Below are positions 52,600 to 64,000 of a stretch of DNA of 64,000 nt, piece by piece (the first letter of the stretch is position 1; every line of letters starts with the position of its first letter). The stretch is from NCBI RefSeq assembly GCF_902713615.1, contig NC_052168.1, forward strand, positions 18,054,323 through 18,118,322. Direction: 5' to 3'. The translations under genes and the position numbers were made by a program. The stretch is from Scyliorhinus canicula. Its lineage: Eukaryota. The notes below the pieces were generated by a model. It ran no database searches, had not been told where the DNA came from, and saw only the letters and a list, made by a program, of their open reading frames with translations.

Positions 52600-53925
52600 T
52601 GATCGAACGCATGACCCCGGTCCGATACAGAGTGACTGAGACCATGACCCCGGTCAGAAACAGAGTGACCGAACGCATGACCCCGGCCCGATACAGAGTG
52701 ACTGAGACCATGACCCCGGTCCGACACAGAGTGACTGAGACCATGACCCCGGTCAGACACAGAGTGGCCAAACGCATGACCCCGGCCCGATACAGAGTGA
52801 CTGAGACCATGACCCCGGTCCGACACAGAGTGACTGAAACCATGTCCCTGGTCAGACACAGAGTGACTGAGACCATGACCCCGGTCAAAACGGAGTGGCC
52901 GAATGCATGACCCCGGTCAGACACAGAGTGACCGAACGCATGACCCCGGTCAGACACAGAGTGACTGAGACCATAACCCCGGCCCGATACAGAGTGACTG
53001 AGACCATGACCCCGGTCAGACACAGAGTGACTGAAACCATGACCCCGGTCAGACACAGAGTGACTGAGACCATGACCCCGGTCAGACACAGAGTGACTGA
53101 GACCATGACCCCGGTCAGACACAGAGTGACTGAGACCATGACCCCGGTCCGTAACAGAGTGACTGAGACCATAACCCCGGTCAGACACAGAGTGACTGAG
53201 ACCATGACCCCGGTCAGACACAGAGTGACTGAGACCATGACCCCGGTCAGACACAGAGTGACTGAAACCATGACCCCGGTCAGACACAGAGTGACTGAAA
53301 CCATGACCCCGGTCAGACACAGAGTGACTGAGACCATGACCCCGGTCAGACACAGAGTGACTGAGACCATGACCCCGGTCAGACACAGAGTGACTGAGAC
53401 CATGACCCCGGTCCGTAACAGAGTGACTGAGACCATGACCCCGGTCAGACACAGAGTGACTGAGACCATGACCCCGATCCGTAACAGAGTGACTGAGACC
53501 ATGACCCCGGTCAGACACAGAGTGACTGAGACCATGACCCCGGTCCGTAACAGAGTGACCGAATTCATGACCCCGGTCCGACACAGAGTGACCGAACGCA
53601 TGACCCCGGTCCGACACAGAGTGACCGAACGCATGACCCCGGTCAGACACAGAGTGGCCGAATGCGTGATGCCGGTCAGACACAGAGTGACCGAACGCAT
53701 GACCCAGGTCCGACACAGAGTGACTGAAACCATGTCCCTGGTCAGACACAGAGTGACTGAGGCCATGACCCCGGTCCGACACAGAGTGACCGAACGCATG
53801 ACCTGGTCCGACACAGAGTGACTGAAACCATGTCCCTGGTCAGACACAGAGTGACTGAGGCCATGACCCCGGTCAAAAACAGAGTGACTGAGACCATGAC
53901 CCCGGTCAAAAACAGAGTGACTAAA
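52600..53925. repeat. 33-bp minisatellite (ACAGAGTGACTGAGACCATGACCCCGGTCAGAC), ~40 copies
   Basis: Direct reading; 11-aa periodic ORFs. Confidence 0.97.
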
Positions 53926-54375
53926 TACCATGGCGACACAGTGGTTAGCACTGTGGCCTCACAGCGACAGGGACCTGGGTTCAATTCCGGTCTTGGGTGA
54001 CTGGCTGTGTGGAGTTTGCATGTTTTCCCCTGGTCTGTGTGGGTTTCCTCCGGGTGCTCCAGTTTCCTTCCACAGTCCAGAGACGTGTAGGTTGTCCGTA
54101 GTCATCCTAATGTTCGATGTTATCCATGGTCATGATAAAATTGTCCCTTGTTATCCGCAGTTTAGTGGGGTTCCAGGAATAGGGCAGGGGATGGGCCCAG
54201 GTAGGGTGCTCTTTAGAGGGTCGGTGCAGACTCGATGGGCTGAATGACATTCTGCACTTTAGGGATTCTATGACCACATGAGAAACAGTGTAATTGAGCA
54301 TTTGGCCCACAGTCAGATGTAGTACTGGGCGAGAGTATGAACCCTCAACCCCCCCCATCAGAAAGCAGAATGACC

Positions 54376-55121
54376 TGCGAGGTTGGGGCTGATACAACTG
54401 AAGGTGGTATTTCGAACGCACCTCACGAGGGCGAGGATGAGCCCATTCTTTGAAGGGATAGAAGGTGTGTGTGAGCATTGCGGGGGGGGGGGGGGGGGGG
54501 GGCACTAATCATGTTCATATGTTTTAGGCCTATCCAAAGCTAGAGGAGAACTGGAAGGAGGTTTTTAGGGTCATTTCCAAGGTGGTGCATGTGAAACTGG
54601 ACCCGGGTCCCCGGGAGGCCATATTCGGGGTGTCGGACCAGCCAGGGTTGGAAGCGGAGGCAGAGGCAGATAGGGATGGGATGGAGAGCGGCCTCTCCAC
54701 CCTGTGCCCTGGCGTGGCGGGGGGACCTGTTGGAATTCTTGACCCTTGAGAAGGTTAAGTTTGAACTCAGGGGAAGCTCGGAGGGGTTCTACAAGTCATG
54801 GGCATTATTTATTATACACTTTCAAGAACTGGATAACATCGAACATTAGTTGAGGGGGTGGGGGGGCGGGGTTGGTGGGGGTGGGGGGGCGGGAGGGGGG
54901 CTGTGTATATTAAGGATGACTATGGGTAATCCCTGATTCCTTTTTGTCATTTGTTTATGTAAACATGCGGGCTGATGTTTGGGAGTTGGTGGGAGGATGG
55001 GATCATTGTTATTATTATGGGGATTGACATAACTGTTGCTGATTATTGTTTATTGTTGGTGGGTGTAAATTCGGGAGAAAATGTGAAAAAAAGGTGGAGA
55101 ATAAAAATGTTTTTAAAATAA
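54376..55121 (+). mobile_element. L1-clade LINE 3' fragment with 16-bp TSD
   Basis: Same family as 27400-28247. AGAAAG(C/G)AGAATGACC at 54360-54375 and 55122-55137. Confidence 0.85.
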
Positions 55122-55201
55122 AGAAAGGAGAATGACCCACATCCTAGTTCTGTTTCTCTACAATCACTGTTTATAATGATATCTCCTTTAATTCTCCACA
55201 G

Positions 55202-55256
55202 TTAATCGAGACACGATACAAAGACAGTGTGCAGCCATCCGCCATACAGCCAGAGA
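55202..55256 (+). CDS. FAM227A: FAM227A coding exon 3
   Basis: ctttaattctccacag|LIETRYKDSVQPSAIQPE+A|gtacgt. Phases are consistent with both neighbouring exons; sequence conservation is weak. Confidence 0.65.
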
Positions 55257-55384
55257 GTACGTATAGGCAGGAAGTATTCAATTATTTCTTGGATTAAGTT
55301 AAAATCAGCGATTGTCAGAGGGATCCAGTCAATTGGTAGCTATTAAAGGCAAATGTCACCATCCATTACTGTGTCCATCGTTAC

Positions 55385-58300
55385 TGGTACTGCCTGTTGT
55401 CATGGTGTTATTGATATCTGTACCGCCTGTTGTCACAGTGTTATTGATATCGGTACCGCCTGTTGTCACGGTGTTATTGATATCGGTACCGCCTGTTGTC
55501 ACGGTGTTATTGATATCGGTACCGCCTGTTGTCACGGTGTTATTGATGTCTGTACCGCCTGTTGTCACAGTGTTATTGATATCGGTACCGCCTGTTGTCA
55601 CGGTGTTATTGCTATCGGTACCGCCTGTTGTCACGGTGTTATTGATATTGGTACCGCCTGTTGTCACGGTGTTATTGATGTCTGTACCGCCTGTTGTCAC
55701 GGTGTTATTGATATCGGTACCGCCTGTTGTCACGGTGTTATTGCTATTGGTACCGCCTGTTGTCACGGTGTTATTGCTATTGGTACCGCCTGTTGTCACG
55801 GTGTTATTGATGTCTGTACCGCCTGTTGTCACAGTGTTATTGATATCGGTACCGCCTGTTGTCACGGTGTTATTGCTATCGGTACCGCCTGTTGTCACGG
55901 TGTTATTGATGTCTGTACCGCCTGTTGTCACGGTGTTATTGATATCGGTACCACCTGTTGTCACGGTGTTATTGATATCGGTACCACCTGTTGTCACGGT
56001 GTTATTGATATCGGTACCGCCTGTTGTCACGGTGTTATTGATGTCTGTACCGCCTGTTGTCACAGTGTTATTGATATCGGTACCGCCTGTTGTCACGGTG
56101 TTATTGCTATCGGTACCGCCTGTTGTCACGGTGTTATTGATGTCTGTACCGCCTGTTGTCACGGTGTTATTGATATCGGTACCGCCTGTTGTCATGGTGT
56201 TATTGCTATCGGTACCACCTGTTGTCATGGTGTTATTGCTATCGGTACCGCCTGTTGTCACGGTGTTATTGCTATCAGTACCGCCTGTTGTCATGGTGTT
56301 ATTGATGTCTGTACCGCCTGTTGTCACGGTGTTATTGATATCGGTACCGCCTGTTGTCATGGTGTTATTGATATCGGTACCGCCTGTTGTCACGGTATTA
56401 TTGATATCGATACCGCCTGTTGTCACGGTGTTATTGCTATCGGTACCGCCTGTTGTCACGGTGTTATTGATATCGGTACCGCCTGTTGTCACGGTGTTAT
56501 TGATATCGGTACCGCCTGTTGTCACGGTGTTATTGATATCGGTACCGCCTGTTGTCACGGTGTTATTGCTATCGGTACCGCCTGTTGTCACGGTGTTATT
56601 GATATCGGTACCGCCTGTTGTCATGGTGTTATTGATGTCTGTACCGCCTGTTGTCACGGTGTTATTGATATCGGTACTGCCTGTTGTCACGGTGTTATTG
56701 ATATCGGTACCGCCTGTTGTCACGGTATTATTGATATCGATACTGCCTGTTGTCACGGTGTTATTGCTATCGGTACCGCCTGTTGTCACGGTGTTATTGA
56801 TATCAGTACCGCCTGTTGTCACGGTGTTATTGATATCGGTACCGCCTGTTGTCACAGTGTTATTGATATCGGTACCGCCTGTTGTCACGGTGTTATTGAT
56901 ATCAGTACCGCCTGTTGTCACGGTGTTATTGATATCGGTATCGCCTGTTTTTACATAGAATTTACAGTGCAGAAGGAGGCCATTCGGCCCATCGAGTCTG
57001 CACCAGCTCTTGGAGAGAGCACCCTACCCCCTACCCAAGGTCAATACCTCCACCCTATCGCCATAACTCAGTAACCCCACCCAACACTAAGGGCAATTTT
57101 GAACACTAAGGGCAATTTATCATGGCCAATCCACCTAACCCGCACATCTTTGGACTGTGGGAGGAAACCGGAGCACCCGGAGGAAACCTACGCACACACA
57201 GGGAGGATGTGCAGACTCCGCACAGACAGTGACCCAAGCCGGAATCGAACCTGGGACCTTGGAGCTGTGAAGCAATTGTGCTATCCACAATGCTACCGTG
57301 CTGCCACGGTGTTATTGATATCGGTACCGCCTGTTGTCACGGTATTATTGATATCGGTACCGCCTGTTGTCACAGTGTTATTGATATCGGTACCGTCTGT
57401 TGTCACGGTGTTATTGATATCAGTACCGCCTGTTGTCACGGTATTATTGATATCGGTACCGCCTGTTGTCACAGTGTTATTGATATCGGTACCACCTGTT
57501 GTCACGGTGTTATTGATAGCGGTACCGCCTGTTGTCACAGTGTTATTGATATCGGTACCGCCTGTTGTCACGGTGTTATTGATATCGGTACCGCCTGTTG
57601 TCACGGTGTTATTGATATCGGTACCGCCTGTTGTCACGGTGTTATTGATATCGGTACCGCCTGTTGTCACGGTGTTATTGATATCGGTACCGCCTGTTGT
57701 CACGGTGTTATTGATATCGGTACCGCCTGTTGTCACAGTGTTATTGATATCGGTACCGCCTGTTATCATGTTATCATGGTGTTATTGATATCGATACCAC
57801 CTGTTGTCACGGTGTTATTGATATCGGTACCGCCTGTTGTCACGGTGTTATTGATATCGGTACCGCCTGTTGTCATGGTGTTATTGATATCGATACCGCC
57901 TGTTATCACAGTGTTATTGATATCGGTACCGCCTGTTATCACGGTGTTATTGATAACGGTACCGCCTGTTGTCACGGTGTTATTGATATCGGTACCGCCT
58001 GTTGTCACGGTGTTATTGATATCGGTACCGTTGTTGTCACGGTGTTATTGACATCGGTACCGCCTGTAGTCAAGATGTTATTGATATTGGTGCCGCCTGT
58101 TGTCACGGTGTTATTGATATCGGTACCGCCTGTTATCATGGTGTTATTGATATCGGTACCGTCTGTTGTCACGGTGTTATTGATATCGATACCGCCTGTT
58201 GTCACGGTGTTATTGATATCGGTACCGTTGTTGTCACGGTGTTATTGATATCGGTACCGCCTGTTGTCACGGTGTTATTGATATCGGTACCGCCTGTTGT

Positions 58301-58632
58301 CATGGTGTTATTGATATCGGTACCGCCTGTTGTCACGGTGTTATTGATATCGGTACCGCCTGTTGTCACGGTGTTATTGATATCGATACCACCTGTTGTC
58401 ACGGTGTTATTGATATCGGTGCCGCCTGTTGTCACGGTGTTATTGATATCGGTACCGCCTGTTGTCACGGTGTTATTGATATCGGTACCGCCTGTTGTCA
58501 CGGTGTTATTGATATCGGTACCGCCTGTTGTCACGGTGTTATTGATATCGGTACCGCCTGTTGTCATGGTGTTATTGATATCTGTACTGCCTGTTGTCAC
58601 GGTGTTATTGATAGCGGTACCGCCTGTTGTCA
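55385..58632. repeat. 33-bp minisatellite (GGTACCGCCTGTTGTCACGGTGTTATTGATATC), ~85 copies, interrupted by a SINE at 56954-57305
   Basis: Direct reading; source of the 521-573 aa periodic ORFs. Confidence 0.97.
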
Positions 58633-58891
58633 CCGAATTTCTGGGGCACATCGATACTTCTGTTGAAAACAAACAAGTGATTTATAAATATTTTTGTACA
58701 ACTTTCATCATATTATACATTGTCTCTATTTCTGAAGCCATGGATCCCAAAGCCTTTTTTTTAATGTCCTCCAACCTCAAAGGCCTGGAGACACACAGCG
58801 CTACTCTGTCACTAGAACAAAGAACAGTACAGCACAGGAACAGGCCCTTCAGCCCTCCAAGCCTGTACAGGTCATGATACTAACCTTGGCA

Positions 58892-59116
58892 GGGCAGCAC
58901 GGTGGCCTAGTGGTTAGCACAGCTGCCTCACGGCACTGAGGTCCCAGGTTCGATCCCGGCTCTGGGTCACTGTCCGTGTGGAGTTTGCACATTCTCCCCG
59001 TGTCTGCGTGGGTTTCGCCCCCACAACCCAAAAATGTGCAGAGTAGGTGGATTGGCCAGGCTAAATTGCCCCTTAATTGGAAAAAATAATTGGGTAATCT
59101 AAATTTTTTAAAAAAA
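58892..59116 (+). mobile_element. Short A-tailed HE1-related SINE with 17-bp TSD, inserted in a CR1 3' end (58813-59380, -)
   Basis: ATGATACTAACCTTGGC at 58874-58890 and 59117-59133. Confidence 0.9.
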
Positions 59117-59399
59117 ATGATACTAACCTTGGCCAAAACCCTCAGCACTTCCTTGTGCCATATCCCTCTATACCCACCCTATCCATGTGTTTGACAAGAT
59201 GTCTTTTGAACGCCGTTAATGTATCTGCTTCCACAACCTCCTCAGGCAACGCGTTCCAGGCACTCACCACCCTCTGTGTAAAAAAACCTGCCTCGCACAT
59301 CTCTTCTAAACTTTGCCCCATGGACCTTAAACCTATGCCCCCTGGTGACTGACCCCTCCACCCTGAGAAAGAGTGCCTTCCCATTACTCGCTGGGGTTC

Positions 59400-60055
59400 A
59401 ATGCGGAGGCTTGTTCACTCGCTGGAGTTCAATGTGGGCGCACCCTCACTCACTGGGGCCCAATATGGAGGGACCCTCACTCACTGGGGGCCTAATGGGG
59501 AGGGACCCTCACTCACTGGGGGCCCAATGCGGAGGGACCCTCACTCACTGGGCACCCAATGCAGAGGGACCCTCACTCACTGGGGGCCCAATGGGGAGGG
59601 ATCCTCGCTCACTGGGGCCCAATCCGGATGGACCCTCACTCACTGGGGGCCCAATGGGGAGGGACCCTCACTCACTGGGGGCCTAATGGGGAGGGACCCT
59701 CACTCACTGGGGGCCCAATGCGGAGGGACCCTCACTCACTGGGGGCCCAATGGGGAGGGACCCTCACTCACTGGGGCTCAATGCGGAGGGACCCTCACTC
59801 ACTGGGGGCCCAATGGGGAGGGACCCTCACTCACTGGGGGCCCAATGGGGAGGGACCCTCGCTCACTGGGGACCCAATGGGGAGGGACCCTCCCTCACTG
59901 GGGGCCCAATGGGGAGGGACCCTCGCTCACTGGGGGCCCAATGGGGAGGACCCTCACTCACTGGGGGCCCAATCCGGACGGACCCTCACTCACTGGGGGC
60001 CCAATCCGGACGGACCCTCACTCACTGGGGCCCAATCCGGACGGACCCTCACTTA
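59400..60055. repeat. ~31-32 bp GC-rich minisatellite (GGAGGGACCCTCACTCACTGGGGGCCCAATGG)
   Basis: Direct reading. Confidence 0.95.
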
Positions 60056-60108
60056 CTGCAATAACTGTTGTCATTCTCATTTAATCTTGGCATTTATCGA
60101 TTTTCCAG

Positions 60109-60161
60109 AATTGAGACCGAAACTTCCTCAGATATATTTGGACAAACGCCCCAAGATCAAG
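60109..60161 (+). CDS. FAM227A: FAM227A coding exon 4
   Basis: ttttccag|(K)LRPKLPQIYLDKRPKIK|gtttgt; phase 1 to 0 bridges the flanking exons. Confidence 0.6.
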
Positions 60162-60373
60162 GTTTGTATTTTTTCACCTGGTTTCCTTACGTTTGACAAT
60201 GTTGGGCGTAAACCAGTCTGAAGTCCTTGTTCATCACAGAGAACAGCTCAGTCTTATAAATGCGGGTTTCACACAGTGCGGCTCCCTCCTACTGTCCCAC
60301 CCACACTTGGAGTCTGTGCTTATCAGAGTTTTGATGGGGTTTTGTTCATTTTCTAGAGATTGGTTATGAAAGT

Positions 60374-60586
60374 TGTAGTAATCCACGGGAGGTAGGAGTT
60401 CCGTCACCACACCAATATTTATTTACAATAACGATATTACAGGAGCAGCTGCTAGCAGTCCAGTCAACTTAAGACTGGCTCACAAAGCCTACACAGGTGC
60501 TTATATGGGCCCCCCTCAATGAGCTATCATTGAGGGAGCTCATACTCCAATTGGCCAACCAATAAAGCCAATTGGAGTTCATTACA
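60374..60586. mobile_element. 213-bp solo LTR with 5-bp TSD AAAGT
   Basis: TGTAGTAA...ATTACA termini; AAAGT at 60369-60373 and 60587-60591. Confidence 0.8.
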
Positions 60587-60791
60587 AAAGTGCTGATGAG
60601 TTTGGTGGGGCTGGGTCTCTGCGAGCCATTGCAACTTTCGGACACTTGGTCCCTTTCGCTCATCCCTGGTGACACCTCACGACTGGTAATGCCACCACTT
60701 AACACAACGTCCAGCTCAGCCCTTGCTTTAATTTTGCTCCGTAATTGTGTCTCCCACTTTTTTCTTAATGTTGCTTTCCGTCGAACTCTAG

Positions 60792-60935
60792 CATTCGGAT
60801 GTGGTGCCAAAGTTGGTGGAGCTTCAGCAGTATCCAGGGTTCAAAGAAAAGAAACCCACTAAACTGCCCAACGACACGGTGCTGGAGCATGTCTGGGCGA
60901 AAGTACTGCAGGCCCGCAGGAAGATGCTGAAACAG
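60792..60935 (+). CDS. FAM227A: FAM227A coding exon 5 (gene continues beyond the window)
   Basis: ctctag|HSDVVPKLVELQQYPGFKEKKPTKLPNDTVLEHVWAKVLQARRKMLKQ|gtcaga, matching human [24 protein letters not shown]...VVRAER. Confidence 0.85.
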
Positions 60936-61879
60936 GTCAGAGGACTCCCATCAGTCAGTAATCCCCTCGATCTGTATAGCACAGAACATCCCAGGAAACG
61001 TCAATGGTGTGGCCATGAACCAAACAGTGTGTTGACCAGACAACGGGAGATTGAAAAGTTAGGATTTTCAAGACTGGGGATCTGGTAGACGGCAGCAGGG
61101 TTAGGGAGTGAGCCTAACCCTAACCCCCCCACCCCCCCCCCCCCCCCACCCCCACCCAAAGCACACACACCAGCCGTTCGATCATGGCTGATACGTTCCT
61201 CATCCCCATTCTCCCTGTAACCCCTGATCCCCTTATTAATCAAGGACACCAGATTTGTGCTCGAGGTGCTGTTACCAACAGGGCTACAGACCAAGAGCTG
61301 GAAGGTGGAATTAGACAGAATAGTTCTTTCTTAGAACATCAGAACTAGGAGCAGGAGTCGGCAATTTAGTCTCTCGAGCCTGCTCCACCGGTCAATACGA
61401 TCATTGCTCATCTCATAACAAATTGGCAGCCGATTTTTCACTGGCAGAGGGGAGTTCAAAATCTTTTGGAGGCTCATTAATTTGGTCTCGCTGCAGCCTT
61501 GAATTGATTTGAAGTTGAAAACGTTGTCAATATTTTCACAGAATCCCTTTCAGCCCATCGGGTCTGCACCGAGCCTCTGAAAGAGGACACCACCCAAGCC
61601 CACTCCAGCGCCCTATCCCCCTAACCCCATAACCCAACCTGCACATCTTTGGACACTAAGGGGCAATTTAGCACACCTGCACACCTTTGGACTGTGGGAG
61701 GAAACGGGAGCACCCGGAGGAAACCCACGCAGACACGGGGAGAACGTGCAGACTCCACACAGACAGTGACCCAGCGGGGAATCGAACCTGGGACCCTGGA
61801 GCTATGAAGCAACTGTCCTAACCACTGTGCTACCATGCCGCCCATATATAGTCATATATCTATATCCATTTGTAAGGTT

Positions 61880-64000
61880 CTTATTTCCTCATTGCAAGTT
61901 ACTGTCACACCTAATTTAGTGTCATCTGCAAATTTGGCTTTATCCTTGTATCCACATCGTTAATATAGATTATAAATAGTTGGGGCCCAAGGACCGAACC
62001 CTGTGGCGCCCCACTAGTTACATCTTGCCATCCAGAAAAAAGACCTATTTATCCCGAATCTCTGTCGTCTGACTATCAGCCGGTCTTCTATCCAAGCTAA
62101 TGAATTACGCCTAACCCCATATGATCTAATCTTCTGTCCGTCACCTTATCAAACACCTTCCGGAAGTCTAGATATACTACATCTACGGGATCCCCATTAT
62201 CCACGTGGCTTATTACATCTTTGAAGAACTCTAGCAAGTTAGTGAAACATGATTTGTCCTTCATAAAACCATGCAGATTCTGATGGATTACATTTTGACT
62301 TTCCAAATGTTCTGATATTATTTCCTTAATAATTGATTCTAACTATTTCCCAATAACAGATGTTAAACTAACTGGCCTGTAATTTCCCACATTCTGCCTC
62401 CCTCCCTTTTTGAATAAGGGCGTTACCTTAGCATTTTTCCAATCCACTGGAACCTTACTCATGTCCAGGGAATTTTGGAATATTATAACCAATGGATCTA
62501 TTATTGCCCCGCCACTTCCTTTAGCACACTAGGACGTAGGCCATCAGGTCCTGGAGACTTGACTTCTTTCAATCCCAATAGTTTGCTGAGTAGTGTTTCC
62601 CTAATAATGCTGATTTATAGATTCATAGAATCCCATCAGTGCAGAAGGAGGCCATTCGGCCCATCGATTCTGCACCGACCCTCTAAAAGAGCATCCTGCC
62701 TAGGCCACCTCCCCGCCCTATCTCCATAACACTACCTCTGGGCGGTTTAGCATGTTAACCCACCTAACCTGCACATCTTTGGACTGTGGGAGGAAACTGG
62801 AGCACCCGGAGGAAACCCACGCACACACGGGGAGAACGTGCAAACTCCACACAGACAGTCACCAAGGACAGAATCGAACCCGGGTCCCCGGTGCTGTGAG
62901 GCAGCAGTGCTAACCATTGTGCCACCATGCTGCCCCAAATTCTCTAAGTTCCACCCTTCTATTACCTCTGAATTACCCATTCCTTTAGGGATGGTACTAA
63001 TGTCCTCCACCATGATGAATGAGGCAAAATATTGTTTTAGCATCTCCGCCATTTCTGTGTTCCCCACTATTAACTCACCAGTTTGATCTTCCAAGGGACC
63101 AACATTCACTTTCGCGATTCTCTCCCCTTTTATGTACTTATAGAAGCTTTTGCTATCTTTTTTGATATTTTGCGCTCGCTTTCTTTCATAATTTATCTTA
63201 GCTCTGTTAATTACTTTTTTAGTAACCTTTTGTTTGTTTAAAAGTTTCCCAATCTTCCAACCTGCCACTGGCAATATGATATAACTTAATTTTTGTCTTT
63301 TTATTTGTCCTTGACCTCCTTGTTTAGCCATGGATGTATTTTACCCCTCTTACCGTCTTTCTTCCTCTCACAAATATATTTTAGTTATCATAGTCATAGA
63401 ATTTACAGTGCAGAAGGAGGCCATTCGGCCCATCGAGTCTTCACCGGCTCTTGGAAAGAGCACCCTACCCAAGTTTAACACCTCCACCCTATCCCCATAA
63501 CCCAATACCCCCACCCAACACTAAGGGCAATTTATCACGGCCAATTAACCTAACCTGCACATTTTGGACTGTGGGAGGAAACCGGAGCACCCGGAGGAAA
63601 CCCACGCACACACAGGGAGGATGTGCTGGCTCCGCACAGACAGTGACCCAAGCCGGAATCGAACCTGGGACCCTGGAGCTGTGAAGCAATTGCGCTATCC
63701 ACAATGCTACCGTGCTGCCCAGTTGTGAGGAATTGAGTATCTCCTTAAACAACTGCCACTGCTCATCAGCTATCCTACCCTTTAGCCTTCCTGCCAGTCT
63801 ATACGGGCAAAATCTGACCTCAATCCTCTGTAATTTCCTTTATTTAATTCCAGAACACAAGTGCGGGACTCCACGTTCTCACCCCCAAACTGCATCTTGA
63901 TTTCTACCAAACTATGGTCACTGTTCCCTCGAGCATTCCTTAACTTTGGGGTCATCAATGAATCCCCCCTCATTACACAATACCAAATCCAGAGTAGTCT
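61880..64000 (-). mobile_element. Older CR1 ORF2 fragment interrupted by two SINEs
   Basis: HGFMKDKSCFTNLLEFF...VVYLDFRKVFDKV; KSFYKYIK...VGPLED. Confidence 0.85.

Noticed and set aside
52538-53931. His-rich (SHSVSDRGHGL)n and (MTPVRHRVTET)n ORFs; CRISPR-like appearance
   Set aside because: Contiguous tandem repeat without unique spacers; eukaryotic intron; no cas genes.
55312-58877. Long periodic ORFs (e.g. Cys-rich TACCHGVIDIG, TTGGTDINNTV, hydrophobic VTVLLISVPPV) resembling metallothionein, ice-binding or mucin proteins
   Set aside because: They arise from a stop-free 33-bp intronic minisatellite open in several frames on both strands, interrupted by a SINE. There is no codon-position bias and no splice context.

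Overview
Eukaryotic (vertebrate) genomic DNA, almost certainly a shark or other elasmobranch, judged by dense HE1-type V-SINEs, Deu-domain SINE remnants and CR1 LINEs with (CATAGAA)n tails. I reconstructed three spliced genes by hand. (1) The first two coding exons of a FAM20C-like Golgi secretory kinase on the - strand (12046-11550, 1479-1307; the gene continues off the left edge). (2) A complete 126-aa CBY1/Chibby CDS on the - strand in four exons (40477-37558). (3) The first five coding exons of FAM227A on the + strand (47954-60935), head-to-head with CBY1. The rest is mostly repeats: CR1, L1-like and L2 LINE fragments, a Gmr1-type (integrase-before-RT) LTR relic, solo LTRs, MITEs, several SINE families, four large minisatellites, a purine-only tract, a tRNA-Ser(TGA) copy and a 500-N gap. 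Most long ORFs in the track are repeat artefacts. The most interesting signals are: a probable GC-AG minor-spliceosome (U12) intron in FAM227A; a coronavirus-type U_UUA_AAC slippery site at the CR1 ORF1/ORF2 junction; a FAM20C paralog in CBY1 synteny; and a V-SINE that appears to have switched LINE partners. Homology calls come from my recall of the human proteins and repeat families; no database search was run.
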